A stretch of 64,000 nucleotides of DNA from the human T2T-CHM13v2.0 reference genome, Homo sapiens: the NCBI RefSeq assembly GCF_009914755.1, contig NC_060931.1; one strand, written 5' to 3'. A program made the translations under genes and the position numbers. The notes under the pieces are model-generated. The model saw nothing but the letters and a program-made list of their open reading frames with translations, searched no databases and was not told the DNA's origin. Positions 1 through 15,545 of the stretch are shown here, piece by piece (the stretch's first letter is position 1; every line of letters begins with the position of its first letter).

Positions 1-1210
1 TACAGAAGGTGACAGTTTCTGGATGCTGTCAGTTTGCAGCAAATTGAAGTTTTGTGGTTTTATCTATTACCAGAAAAGCCCTCCAAAAAAATGTAGCCAG
101 TGGGGAAGAAAGCAGGAGTCCACCGTCTCATTTTTAACAAGGACCAGCTGAAAAATGAAGGCGCACACCACACAAACCAGCTTATGTCTGCCAATTCATT
201 TCCTGGCCCCAAAAGAAAAAAAAAAACCCTCGTGTTTCCTCTTATGCAGGCCAAACATGGCAAAGCACCAAGGGAATTCTGAATGGAATCAATTGCACTT
301 GTTACTAACTGAGTTTTCTTTTATTCTTATATTACCAAGGGCTGGATACTCAGCTGCAAGCAATTATAATGAAGAGTTACTGAGTAATGGTTTCCAGATT
401 GCTCCATGATGGGGCATTAATTGAAAGGGACAATTTAAGAGCTTAGGCCATGTAAATGCATTTCTTATTCTGTCAGATTGAGAAATTTCTGGATGCAAAA
501 GGCTGAAATGCTTAGAACTGATAAAGACTTAATAATGCCCATTTAAGCCGGTATTTTCAAAACGAGTTTCATGTTTTTAAGAGAACAAATATTAAATGGT
601 GAACCTGTGAGCTTGTTCATTCAACCAGGACAATGATCTAAATAGCACATTGGCATGCTGCACTCATATTATAAACATATACATTGTATAAAATGTGACT
701 TGTTTAGTCTGTTGCATTGCAAAGCCGGTTAAGTTTGCAAGTAAACTTTTATTTTTCAGTTCTCATGCTATTATGATGCATATTGAGCACCCTCTCTTGC
801 TCTCTTGCTCTCTATATATGCTTTAAAATTTTAAACAGCATTTAAAAACACATAAATTAGTTTTATATGTGTATGCATGCTTTAAAATTTAAAACATTTC
901 TAAACAGATTTGCTTGCATATGAAAGTGGACCTTCTCAAAAATTAATTGTGAAGTCCGTATCAGAAAGCTTTATTTTGGCTTTTTTAAAGTGGGCTTTTA
1001 TTTCCCTGAGCCGCATTAAGCCGTAACATTTTCAAAGAGGTTCTCTGATATGCCACATTAAAGATAAGTATCATAAGACAGTAAGACAGTTAATGCCAAG
1101 CAAGGAAGAAAATCACCAGCTCTCTCAAAAAGGGGGAAAAAAAGAGTAGTACTCGTTTTTAAAGTCTAATTTCAGACTTCTGCATTAGTACTAGTTTTAC
1201 TTATGAAAAC

Positions 1211-1300
1211 GAAGGAAGAGAAGGAAGGAGGGAGAGAAAGAGAAAGAGAAAGAAGAAAGAAGGAAAGATGGATGGATGGATGGTAGACAGAAAGAAATAG
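1211..1300. repeat. GA-rich low-complexity tract with (GGAT)n
   Basis: gaaggaagagaaggaaggagggagagaaag...gatggatggatgg. Confidence 0.85.
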
Positions 1301-4300
1301 ATGCAGATACATTTTAAGACATGAATTCATCGTTGAGGAGAGATGGACACCACTGCTTTTTCTCATTCTGTTTTCTAAGTCTGAATTGCCATCTGAGAAT
1401 TGGACTTTTACCTTTCCTTCTGACTTCAGTCTGGCATTCTGGATTTGTGCACAGTAGCTGTGGTGCTGATGGTAGACTTCTCCTAGAGTCTTGACACAAA
1501 CCATGACATGGATGGCAACATAGGCAGAGGAAAGAAGTTGTCAACCTGGGGAAATTGAGAGCATTCAATCCAAGAGAATGAAAAGGAAAGGCCTCGTGTT
1601 ATACTTGTTATTATACATTGCCCATTTTTACTCATTCATTCAACAAGCTATGTTGTACCCTTTCTCCATCTGTACTTCACATGCTGGCAAAGCACAAAAC
1701 AAGGATGAAGGCATCTTATCTATTCATGGGCATATCTTCATTTATTAGACAATTCCTAGACTCTTCCTTGGATGGAAATCTTCTTTCTTATTGGATTAGT
1801 CATTCATAGAATGAAAGCCCTGAATTAATATCTGACTCTTCACCTTGGGCTGTTCTTTATCTGATAGTTGTGAAAGTAAGCTCAAGCACCAGTGAAAAAA
1901 TCTGGTGGTCTTTTCTGCTCACTGTAAAGTCAAGGTCAAGCCCCATCAGAATGTCCCAAACAGAAGTCAAAAACACAAGCACTTGAAAAGTGGAAGGTCA
2001 ATTTGGGACAGGGTTGAATACCATCATAAGTAATAAAGTAATCCAAGCTAATTATTCAAACAGAACTGTCAAGAATCCAAGATGAGATAGGGAAAGCATT
2101 CTTTGCCAGCAAAAAGCATTGCCTCAAATGATCCCTTTTTAGTCACAAAAATCTCCACTATGTATCTGTCCTTTACTTTGCTACCCTTTCTTTTTTCCAT
2201 TCATTGCTGAAATCTGACATTTTAACTGAAGGTTCAAAACCCCTTTATTTATTTCCAAGATTTAAGGGGAAAAGGTTTCTTTTAAAACATCCTGAATTTA
2301 AAAATAAATAAACTGAACAGGAAGACTTAGACTGTCTATTTCAATTCATCTTGTGATTTCTCATTTTGTGGATTGTACTGATAAATTATTGTAAGTCACA
2401 TCGTAATTTTGCCTAAGAAATGTGAGCATCATCGGGTGTTTTTAAAATATAATAGGGGCCCTCTTTCACCCAGCCATTTCCTGGGCTGCTGCTGTTCCTA
2501 GTAGCAGCCAAACACCTGAACAAACCCAGGAATTCCGGGCCAAATGGTTCTGATAACAGCAGATTTGGGTAGAATTGATTTGATCAAATAACTCATACAA
2601 AATGCAGCTTAATAGGTGTCCTTATTCTCAGGACTCCACTCAACTAGAGAGAAGAGAGTGAAAACACATCCTCTTTTGATAATGTAGTTTATTCCAAAAA
2701 AAATTTTGTACGAGTACATACACACATATTTGAATAATATATGAGTGTAACTACTACACGAAGGAGTATCATTATAATCTTGGATCCTGAACATATGCTT
2801 AATTTCAACAGCTTACAGAAAAGAATTAATGTTGCATGCATAAGGGTGCAGTGAAAACTTTGGACGTTGAGTTAGAGGGTTGGTTTTGTTCTGTTTTTTA
2901 ACAATTTCAAAGTTCCTAAAATGCAGATAGTATGAAGAAAAGAACTGATTTTCTACATGACTAAAAATTCAGAGTCGGCAAGTTCATGCTTATGCTAAGC
3001 AGTTTTGCTTGAATCAGTACCTGGAAAAATTAAGGTAATTCCTGTGTTTACAGGCTCTATTCAAGCAAGGCAGGAGCAACATTTGAGAGGGATTAACAAT
3101 CAAAAATTGAAAATCTACCATCACCACACAAGCTTGCCTTTTCATTTTGTACAGATCATAAAACATGTAACACGGACCAGACCCTTGTCCGGCAAATGTT
3201 CACATCCTAATTTTTAAAAATAGCTTTTATACACAATTGCTCTCTTTGCAATAAAACAAAGATTTGTTTATAGCTACAATTTAATTAAGAACCTTTTCGA
3301 AGAGGAAGATCTGGAAACCAGGGATCTTATTTTTTCTTTTTTTTTTTTCCACCAGGGTTGTTTGTTTATTGGTTTAATTTTCCCTGAAGTAAAAATACAC
3401 TTTGAAATGTAACATGTCATTATGTAATTTGTAGTAACAAAGTGCAGGCCCTTGCACACGACAGCAAACAGGACCGCTCCGGCTCACAGACAGTCCCCAT
3501 ATCCACAGCCCCCTCCCCAGTCTGATTAACAGCCTGTATAAACATTCAGCCAACCAGAACAGCGGCCAGTGCACAATTTGGTCAGCCATAAAACTGCCAG
3601 CCAAACACAGACACGGGGGGGTTATGCAGAAATCTTAATTTGGGGGAAATGATCAAAACTGAGACAACATGGCCCCCACAGAGATCAGGAAGAGCTAACC
3701 TTTATTTTCATTAATCCCACCCCACCTCCCAAATAGCAAGGGATGCTATCACCACTGAAGGTAAAATGATAAATAAAATGTCCCTGAAATGCAGCGTTGC
3801 AGAGGGAGCATGGTCAAGAGCTCCACCCCTGAACAGCAAAATCTTAAGGGCAAAAATAAGCTTCTATTTTAAGGAGCAATTTTAAATGGTCTGAGTTATT
3901 TGGGAAAGGTCCTATTTTGACATATCCAGAATGGATTCCCTCCATCAGCATGTTTTCTATTGATGCAAGGAAAACTAATATGTATTCTAATTGTGCAGAA
4001 ATTGGTGAAATTTATACAAAGGGTGTTTTGTGTTTTTTTTTTCCCTTCCCACCATTTTCATTGCCCTTGGCAAAAGACTTTAGACCCTTCACATAATGGA
4101 AAATTCAAAATGTTCGACGTAAATCAAATAATTAGTAAGAAACAGGTTTTAAAAAGTTTTTTTTTAGAATACTCTCGCAAGATGGTGAACTTGTTTTTTC
4201 TGGCTTGGGACAGGATTTCATAGCTCACTTTTGAGACTATATGGTACCCAACTTTTAACAGAATTGAGTCTTTTAAATATTCTCTTTTCTGAAAATATGC

Positions 4301-4699
4301 TGGTGGTAATGACAGTGATTGAATTAGCTATAGCAAAAAGACATTGCGTTAGTCTAGTTCCTTTCTCCTGAATAGCTTTTTGCTAACTGGTTACTATAGA
4401 GCATTGGGCTTCACAGAAATTTTTCACAATTTTCACCTTTGTTCTAGTCTTGCTCCTTAATTTGGAATCTCTAATTTGTTTGAGAAAAAACAAAAACAAG
4501 AAAGCATGATCAGCCACCTTACCAATGCTCTCCCAGACCGGGTTACCCACGTCTTCCTTCGTATATCTAATTGTGCTCACAAGCGTTTATTTTTTCCTCT
4601 CGTAAGAAACCTGCATGCTTTTTTCTAGGTGGCTTTCTGCTAAAGAAATTAATAACTAAACATAATGCAAGCTCCAAATAAAATGAGAAAATGTATAGA

Positions 4700-4930
4700 T
4701 ATATTGAATAATTATTTTTTCCAGGCCTTAGGCAAACCACTTGCCATTTCATTTAATTCTCACAAAACCTATGAGTTGGGTATATGTATTATCCACACTT
4801 TTTTTTTCTTTTCACAGATTAGGGAACTGAAGTACAAAGAGTTTCAGTAATTTGCCCCCAAGCCACATAGCATGTGAACAGCAGAGCGAGAGTACTAGCT
4901 CAAGCAGCCTAATTCAAGAATCAATCTACT
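4700..4930 (-). mobile_element. MIR SINE fragment
   Basis: cacagattagggaactgaagtacaaagag...taatttgccc resembles the reverse-complement MIR core; boundaries approximate. Confidence 0.7.
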
Positions 4931-5049
4931 GCCCCTCCTAGATATGATGTTATTGTCTTTGTCGAGAGGTAGGTATGTCTCAGATCCTTAGGGTCATTGC
5001 AAAGAGGTGGACAAGGAGCCCTCCATGATGATTTCACTTAGTTAGTAAG

Positions 5050-5250
5050 TGAGGTAGCCTGGTTAATCTAAGGAGCATCAGTTTCAAAGTTTGAAAGCTA
5101 TGGGTTTCTTCGCAAGCTCACCATTGATTAGCTGCAGGACCTTGGAAATGTTTACTCACATATCCCAGCTTCTGTTTCCTCATCTGCAAAAAAGAAAAAA
5201 TTTTGTGAGAGTTAAATGGAATGTCATTTTTTTTAATGCTTCACAAACAT
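5050..5250 (+). mobile_element. MIR SINE fragment
   Basis: tagctgcaggaccttgg...ctgtttcctcatctgcaaaa...gtgagagttaaatg matches the MIR core. Confidence 0.7.
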
Positions 5251-6829
5251 ATAGAAGATTTTCAGGTCTTCTTTTCTCTCCCCTAGCTAATCCATTTATA
5301 TCACGTTGTGATCAGTTTTAATCATTATAACATTACAAATATACTTTATGAAATTACCTTTCTAGGGTATAGCTTGATGAAAGGATTTCATATCTAAAAC
5401 AAAATTTTAAACCGAATATTTGGGTACATTTTTTTTAACTCATTGGATCACACTAAATTGTAGATACTCTAAAAAATGAGTTAGGTCTCCTAAGTATGGC
5501 TGAAAAGTAGGCACATTTGCCTTCACTCCAAAAACCAGCAAGATAATTTCTAATATTCATGAATGTTCATTTCAAAAGCATATGGCAATTGCACATGGGC
5601 TACTCTTTGGTCAGCAAGTTAAAGAAGAGCAGAGATGTCAAAGAAGCTTCCTCTCTGATATCATCCATCAACTTATGGTTGTTGGACCTTCTCTGTCACA
5701 GCCTGCCTTCAACCGATTCTCTCTCATTGTTGGAAAAAGGGAAAAATGAGCAAAAACTACAACAAGCAATAATTCAAATCATTGCCCAAAATGTTCTTCC
5801 AACTCTGTGAGTTACATAACCTTAACCTATCTTGAAAACCACAGATTTCCATCTCCTTGGGATGGCAGAAAGCAACAGAATATTCTGAATGACATTTTCA
5901 GGTTTATGGGTTTGACATATCTTTCAAAACATTTCCGAATTTTCCCCACTTCATTCCCCAACACCTCCCAGGAGCACTTGCAGAGAGCAGGCCTAATGTT
6001 TTCGATGATAAATTAGTTGTCAATATATAGACAAGTTACTTTTTCCAAAGCCTCTTGGAGCAGAAGCGTATTCTACTTCCTCTCAAAGGCCCTAGAACTA
6101 CCTGTGTACTGGCATGCTCACAAGAAAATTTTTATTCACAAGAATAATCTGTTGAAAGGAGGATAGATTTTCAAATGGAGTTTCAAATAATCCTCACCTT
6201 TGAGATCATCCGTGCTCACAGCCCAGTATTTTTACAAGATGAAATGATTTACAGAATCAAGCCTGGAAAAATTGGAGGGCAACTCCAAAAGGCAAGAACA
6301 TGTTGCCGAGTCAATCATTCATCCTGCCAGGGAAACTTTTGTAGTTTCCAAACTGTTATGAGACACCGCTCTCTATCCAGGGCAGAGGAATCGTTGAAAA
6401 GGCAGGAGGTATGCTGGCCACACAGCCAGCATGGAGAGCTGGAGTTTTTGGCAGGGCACTTCCACCCCAAAAGCAGACAGAGTCCTGGAAGGGCGTTCGT
6501 GTAAACAAAGCAGGCAGATAGCTTCAACTCTGCAATGAGGCGCAACCTTTCCCAGATCAAAGCCTGGATCACAGAGACAGCCCTGAAGAACTGAGTGTCC
6601 TTTCTGGAACATCCAGCTCCAGGGGAGAGACTTGAACTGGAGCCACAACTTTGCCACCTGTAGCCAATGACTTGGCACACGAAAGCTCTCACAGGGTGGG
6701 GAGCCTGCAGCTGCTCCCACAACAGAAGATCAATGGAAAGATAAGACAACACAGGGAAGAAAGGTTTCTTACTCGAGATACTGAAGCTGAGATCATTTAA
6801 CTAAAGCTTGCATCCAGGCAACCCAAGTT

Positions 6830-7235
6830 CTCTATGCAGTGTTGAAAGGGGATGGAAATCAGTACAGGGTCATAAGCTCTGAAGCCAGGTTGCTGGGGCT
6901 TTGACTCTCTACTCTGCGTTTACTAGCTGTATGACCTATGCCTCAGTTTCCTTACCTTCAGAAGGACCTAATAGTGCCTCCTCCATAGGATTTAATGAGT
7001 GACTGGGACACTAGAAAGCTCTCAAAATGTTGCCATTATTATTTGAAGTTACACAGACCTGGGTTTGAACCAGGTTTGGCTACTTAGCACTTTTGTGAAC
7101 TTGGAGAAATGACAATCTTTGGGTGAACTCCCCAAGGGTAAAATGGATGTTAATACGGCCCTTGCAGTATTGCCATGGTGATTTAATTTTGTATGACACA
7201 CAGTAGGCACTCAGTAATTGGCACTTCTGATTATT
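6830..7235 (+). mobile_element. Two adjacent MIR fragments
   Basis: tactagctgtatgacct-atgcctcagtttcctt, followed by a second acagacctgggtttgaa...gtgaacttgg...gtaaaatgg. Confidence 0.65.
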
Positions 7236-7757
7236 TTCATTTTTCCTGGTTTCTGACAGAGAAACCTGACAGGACTGGTGAGGCTGCAAGAAACATAGCC
7301 AGTAAAATTTAGGATCCTCTTAAGTCCCCAAAGCTTCATCCATATGCAAAAGAGATACATCCCCAGGGAAGACTGGGTCCTGGATGTTTTTAAATACACA
7401 ACTTATTTTATTTTAAGAGCAAAAAGAGAACCTGGAAGTGTTCCCAAATTTAACATCTGCAGGCAGATAGGATGACGAAATGTATTAGTACTGAGGAATA
7501 ACTTTCTCCCGTCTTCTTGGAAAACATCTGGGGTATTACCCTTTCCTCCACTCATTCCCCCACCTCTTACCCCAAAGCTGACTCTCAGCCAACAGTTTAT
7601 CAGCAATAAATGGAAACACCTGTGTGGCAGATAAGGCCAACTGAGTGTGATCAGCTGAGGAAACCTTAGGGACGCATGCCACTCAATATTTCTTTTTCCA
7701 TGCCAGGCAGGGCAGAGGCACAATCTAGCCTGTGACAGATGGCAAGGTTCACTTTCT

Positions 7758-7795
7758 CATTCATTCATTCATTCATTCAGTTAGTCATTCATTCA
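7758..7795. repeat. (TTCA)n microsatellite, probably an L2 tail
   Basis: cattcattcattcattcattcag...tcattcattca. Confidence 0.75.
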
Positions 7796-8501
7796 AAACA
7801 ACCTCAGGAGGTCAGCAGGCCCAGCTCCCTGCCTGAAATAGGTCAATGCCTGAGCCACCAGGTGAATTAGAAGGCTATTGATCCTGCTTTTAACCACATC
7901 TGCAAAAAGACATTCTAGAAACTAACTCTGTGTCTTGTTCAAATCTTTAATCACCCTTTCTTTTGTGAAACCAAACCCCCTCCAGCTACAATTTCTCATC
8001 TTTACAGAGATGAGAAATATCATCTTCTGTACCCCATGGCCAGTCAAAAAGTATTTTTATTGCCATCTCTGCTGTAATAACCTCCCCAAACTTGAAAACT
8101 CTAAATCCGGTTTTCTTCCCATGTCCCCACACCATATTAAACAATCCCCACCTCCTTTGCTCTTTCTTCAAAGGTCCACTCATCTACGCTTTAATTAGCT
8201 TGTTTCTTTTCTCTCAACTCATTCCAGCATCTACACATCATTTAGAAACCAAAACTTGACACAGAACTCTAATCGTTGACAAGAGATGTAGCTGCTATTA
8301 AAGTGAAAATGATCCATTGTGTGTTTTCACAAAGCCACTACCTGGACCCCCAAGCAAGTTACTTAACATTTCTGTTTCCTCACCTGTAAAGCTGATTCAA
8401 TCATAAAGAATGAGGTCTGTGAACATGACATTAGGAAGACCTACCAGCAGCCGGTAGTCTGTAAAAGGTAAAAGTACTTCTTTTACTTCCTAAAAGAAGT
8501 A

Positions 8502-9440
8502 AGTTCAGAAAGACATATAGAAATTAACCAGGTCAAGAGAAGAAAGCAATCCTACCAGAGGCAACTGCCTGTGCAAAGGTCCTGAGGCCTGACCTGAGGA
8601 CCAGGATGAGTAGATCCCAGAGAACAAGAAAAGGGTTGTGAAATGAGGCTGGTGAAGGAGGTAGAACCCAGATAACACAGGTCCATGTAAGCCAGGAGTT
8701 TGGTTTTTTTTTTCAAGGCACTGGGAAGATGATGAAGTTATAAGCAGATTTATATATTTTTTAAAGGCTCCTGGCTGCAGAATAGGTTGGACACAGAGAG
8801 GATGTGGGGAGAGTAGGAAGCTCTCCAGGTAACCCAGGAATGAGACTGTGAGAGCTCGGACTACGGTGGCATTTGTGAAGATGAAGAGACATGGCTAGAT
8901 TTGGAAATGAGAATTAACAGCACTTCACTGATTCACTGAATATGGCAGTGAGCGGGAGGGAGGTGTCCAGGGTGCTGCCAAGTGTCTGATTTGCTCATCT
9001 TGGATGGCGCTGCTGTTTACTGAGGTGGAATGCTGGGGGAGGAATGGGTTTGAGGAAGAAGGCATGAGTTCAGTGTTTGGACATGCAGAGTCTGAAGTGC
9101 TGTGAGATGGCCAAGTCGAGATGTGGAATAGGCCATGGGATTTATGATTGGGAGCTCAGAGGAGAGCCTAAGCTGGAGATATAAATTTAAGAGTCACCAG
9201 CATATAGATAATAATTGAAACCATGAGTACGAACGAGGTCACGGAGGGAGGGTGTAGAATGTGAAGGAGAAGAGGGCAGTGTATCAAGCCTTGAAATTCT
9301 CCAATATTTAATGGTAAGCAAGAGGAGAATGAGCCAGGAAAGAGACTGGGGAGAGTCCCAAGAGGTGGGAGAAAATTAGAATGTCAGGTCATGGAATCCA
9401 AAGGAAGAGGATATTTTAAGAAGAAGGTGCTGCCAACAAG
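8502..9440 (-). mobile_element. L2 LINE fragment
   Basis: Typical antisense L2 motifs: tgtgcaaaggtcctgaggc, gagttcagtgtttggacatg, ctggagatataaatttaagagtcaccagcatatag. Confidence 0.75.
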
Positions 9441-10199
9441 AGACACACAGAATGGCCAAGCAGGACCCATAGAATGTGACCTGTCAGGAAGTGAAATGTG
9501 GCATTTGTTTATCCTTAAGGATCTCATCTAGGTTACATTCCTGTGGGATTTTCAGGATTGTGTGTGCTCCTGGGTTTTGTTAACTCGGAATTTTTCCACC
9601 TTTCCTATGCACAGCTAAGGCTTACTGTTGCATGTTATGACTGAACTTTCTATCCAACGTGATCAGTTTAGCAACACCAGGGTTATATCTCATCTATCCA
9701 GATGCTTCTGCTGTTCAGACAGGAAAAAAGTCAAAAATCTCAATGATTCTTGCTAAAGTCCTGTCACTAATATTTGTGTGTTTACTAATAGAAGCCTTTA
9801 TTTAGCTTTCACTGAGAGCTATTTAACCTTTACAGGTTTTACAAGGATCAATGTTCGGTTTCTTAATCCATAGTAAAATGGAAAAAAACCTGTGGGCAGG
9901 GGCCAAGGTGGAGGAGGAAGACCAAGAAGGAAGGTCACTGAGGCATGTGAAAATTGTTACAGTACAGTCAGTCCTCATTAGAAGTAGATTAAAATCTACA
10001 AAAACCAGGCAAAAGAACCACAAAATTACAGCAGTCTGAGTCCATTTAGTGAGGAGTAAATACACCTTAGTCCTCAGTAACCTTTGGAGAAAACATCACA
10101 ATATACTGCCTGTTAATAACAGAGCAACCAAGGAAATTTTAAATAAATGCTTGCTACGTTAAAATAAGTGGGGGAAGCCTATCATGTGATTTTCTTTTC

Positions 10200-11304
<1,105 letters not shown>

Positions 11305-13344
11305 TTATTTTGGAAGAAAACATTTCTAAACATCTTCTTCAGCAGGGTAGACTGAACAACACTAAAAACAGATTATTTAGAAAGTCCAATGGTGAATACA
11401 AAGATAAATTAAGAAGAAGCATACCTTGGAGTAATGGAGGTGTGACTATATTATTACCTCAGTAATTGAAACAACCAAATTGAAGCCAGGCGAGAAATCA
11501 CTCCACACTATGATGGGTTAGAGAGCTCCAATGCCTCAATTAGAACTGATTTCTAATTGAAACACTGCTGAACTTCAGGCAGCAAAACCCGCTTCTGTCG
11601 CACCTCTGTGACTCTGTTCCGAAAGATAGGGTTCTGTGCTTCAGTGAGCTCCTGTATGAAGCCCAATCCCCCTACGCTTCTCCTTCCTTTGCTCTATGTT
11701 CCTCTGCTCCAGAGAAGTCACCCATTCATTTGCTAACTTAGGAGTGGCAATGCCAGTAAATATTTTGAGAAGTTTTAGGGAAAAAAAATATTTAAAATGA
11801 AATTCAAACTACTATGGAATGGACTCTTCACTTTCAAGCCATCAACTCTCTTTCCTTCTTACCTGGTCATGTGGTTCCCATCCAGATCCATCGTTGCCCC
11901 CTTGGGCTCCCTGGGCTACCTGCTTCGACAAGGGGAAGGCCACCATGCTGCCCTCTGCAGCTCCCTGGGTGAAGGGAGGACAGGTTGGCCAGGCAGGGAA
12001 CCGCAGGCAAGGGCCTGTGACTGACTGACTTTTTGGTTCATAGTCATCTGGGTTGCATATGCCTGAAAACTTCTGGGGTTTCAGGGTACATCAGGGTCAC
12101 TGGAGATGGCCAGTTCAGAGAATACCCAGCATCTGAGGTTTTTGCCCCCTCTCTGCTTGTGTTTTTACCTACACCATTTCCTGAGCTCAATAAGCCAATC
12201 ACCCACTGAATTCCTATTCATCTTTTAAGAGCTCACTTCACCATCACCAAATCCGCAGATCTTTTCCCAACCTGCTCATCAGAGCTAAGGGGCCCTTCCT
12301 CTCCTTCCAATAGTTCTCTGCTTGTAAAGTTCTTATAAGATTTAAGTATCTAGGGAACCAACTATTTGGTGAGCTCCTCGAGGGCTGGACTGTGTCTCAT
12401 TCACCTGTGTATCCATGCCCGGAGTAATGCCCATCCCTAGACAGTGCCTCATGTTCACCCCTGTGCATGTGAACAGGACACATGAGCTCTGTCCATAGCT
12501 CTCCAACCCCCTTCCACCGCTTGTCTCTAACCAACCCCCTTTGCCTCCTTCCTGCTACCCCTCCTTTTCCATACCACCACTTTCCCACACCATCTCCTTC
12601 TTCCCCTGAATCAAGAAGTGAGAACATCAGGAAAGAGAGGGATCAATTTCATGCCAGAGTCTCAGGCTGTCTCCACGGATTTTCCCATGCCAGACCATTT
12701 GGCTAGTGATTGCTGAACTAGATGAGAATTCTCAGCCCTACCCAGGAGTCCTCCAGCTCCCACTGCCTCATGGGCCCATCACAGCTTTCTGGATCAATAA
12801 ACCTCTCCTTCAGTCAATAGGAGCTTTGTGAACTAAACAACAGATGCCACAGGGCCTAGAAGGCAAATAAATATGGTTATTCAACATTTTATCGCACTGT
12901 GTGTAATTCAGGAAATTTAATTATGGTCTCCCTAGCAACAGTAATGCAACTTCAAGCCTGGTACACAGGCCTTGTTTTCTGGTGCACAAGGGAGTGACCT
13001 TCACGCCTTCACCTGGATGGAGACCATGCAATCTGGCTGACTTACAGTTGCCATGGGAAACCTCAGTGAGTCTTCCTCCCAAATCCTCTGCTTCCAAATT
13101 CAAAGCTGATTTTCAGCATTTGGTATGAAGACTCGGGTGGGGGAAGGCACTAACATAACTCCAGACAAGTATAGGTAGTTAAGCATCAAAGGCACAGATC
13201 CAGACGCTGGATACACTTGAGACACAGAATGTCTGAGCAGGACTCTCAGAAAACGAAGTGTCAGGATCAGACCTGCCTACTGTTCTATTGCCTAGAGCAG
13301 GGGTTATTAACTTGGGGTCTGTGATGTCCCCAAAGAGAGACTGA

Positions 13345-13500
13345 TGGCATGGTGATTGGGAGCATGGATTCCGGTGCCAGACTTCACAGGTTCAAATCCT
13401 ATTTACCTCTTCCATTTATGGAGCTATATGACCTTAGGCAAAGGACTCACCTTCCCTGTGCCTCAGTCTCCTCATCCATAAACTAGGGGTAACATTATTG
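13345..13500 (+). mobile_element. MIR fragment
   Basis: ggttcaaatcc...gaccttaggcaa...gtgcctcagtctcctcatccataaa. Confidence 0.7.
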
Positions 13501-15545
13501 GGAGAATTCCGGGTGATTTGATTAGTTTTGCTTTGGAGCACAGAGTAATACTGGACCTCTAGGCAGGATTTACTAATGACAGCACTTAGCTATTTTGCAT
13601 GGCCCCACTTGTAATCCTGTGCCTGAGCCAAGTCAGAATGGGGACGTGTCACATATGGGCTCCCTTGAGTTTGTTCTTTTTTATTTTCTGAGAAAACTAT
13701 ATTTCTTTTTCCACTCCTCACTCCTCTGCGAACTTTAATTAAGCCCTCTCCCATCTAGAGAGCCAGGCGAGGGTTAAGTTTTGTTTTTGAAAAGCCTCAC
13801 AAGCTTGCACAGCAGCAGGTTTTGCCACAGTTTGACAGTTCCAGTTCAGCTCGGTGCGGCTGATTTATAAGACACTGAGCTCATTGGCTTTATCCTCTGT
13901 TCTCTCCCAGTCATTTCTCAATCGAGTCGCCCTGGCTGGAAACATCTGAGAAAGAAATTTACTGAGAGATGCACAGACAGCCTATTCACATTTCATAACT
14001 TTTCAGGAGCCTTCCCCCAGAGGAGCCAGCGGTAGCCAGTTAACTCATGCACAATCCCTAGCTAGTGTCCCTGCCCCCATCACTCCACTCACCTGTACAG
14101 ACAAACCCAGGTCCCCTCCAAACTTGGCTTCTTTGACTCTAATGCTAAGTGATGTAGCCATCACAGCACATACTGTTCTTAGACCTCGCCCAGCCTCGCC
14201 TGTGACAGCAGGATTAGACAGGGAAATATGAACGGAAGGCACCCGATGGATTTAGTGATTTAATTGTCTGAGCACTTAAAAATTCAGGATTAATTCCACT
14301 TAAGTGCAGTTGTTTCTTTCTCATTAACAGGGATCTGTTTAGAATAATTTATAGAAATAGGAACCTAATGGAGGCTCAAAAGAAGCCTTTGCGTGACTTA
14401 TCAACCTTGCTTTCCCCTTCTCCTCTAGCCAGCCCCTCTCCCTGCACCAATCTGGTCTCAACATATAGAAGCCTCTAATCTGAAACTGGTGTTTCCCACT
14501 AAATCCTCCATTTGTGCTTGAAGTAATTTGCAATGGCCACTTTCTGTGTCTTGTTCTCAGATGTGTCTTCGTCAATTAGTGCAATGTCACAGCCGTGTGT
14601 AGTTATTGTAACTCCAGCTGTGAGCTGTTAATAATAAACTTGCCCACAGGACAACCCTGTCATATGGTTGATGGTCAATCAAGACTAAAATATGCATTAG
14701 AAGGAAAAAAAATGCTCCTGTCAACAGTGAGTGGGTGGAGGTCATTGGTTAGGATGCTGGCATGTAGCTGCCCAGTTCGGGTTAATGTCGTGTCGTCGGC
14801 ATCCTTGACTCGCTCCCACTCTACGATGTTTGTCCTGAGACACAAAGGCGTGATAACTAAAATGACACAGCTGGAATCAGAAGACAAGTAGACAAAACAC
14901 GGTGAAATGTAGAATATGGGTCAGGGAATAGGGATTTGTTGAAAAGAAACATAGCTCAGATTCTTTAGTAGGAAAAGAAGACAGATCTGCGTTTTGGTCA
15001 TGGGAAATGATCTGTGGGCTACAAGACAAATTTTATTTAATGGGAGTTCTGAGGCAAATAAAAACAAGCTGATTTGTGGCAAATGAGCGAAGAAGGAACA
15101 GTCACCCACTTGGGTGATTCCTATTAATTTTCTTCACAGGATCACGAGGTGTTTTGATTATTTTAGTTCAGTTTTAAATTTTGGTTTTCCAAGGGGTGGC
15201 TATGAGTGGGGAGACTCTTGGCAAATAGATGAACCTTGACTTAGAAATCTGCCCCAGTATGAAAATCTAATGGCATTTACTTGTCTCGATGGCTAAACTG
15301 CTACTTACTCATCTCTATGTCAGTTTCATCTGCAATTACTAAGAACGAGTACAGAATGGTAAAAAGCCATGCCAACTGTCTCAGTCAGTCCATGCTTTTT
15401 TGTGTGTTTAAATAAGTTCTCAATACAATATCTATCATAGATAGCATTTCATAATACCCTGAAGGCCACACTCTAAACAATCTCCAGTCTCTTCACTACC
15501 ACAGGTCTCGGTTCAACATTTTCTGTTAATAACTGAAAACCCAGG

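Noticed and set aside
1-780. TAAT-rich unique sequence resembling conserved non-coding elements (also ~3380-3610, 50340-50620, 51330-51760)
   Set aside because: This is an impression only; conservation cannot be assessed from a single sequence.
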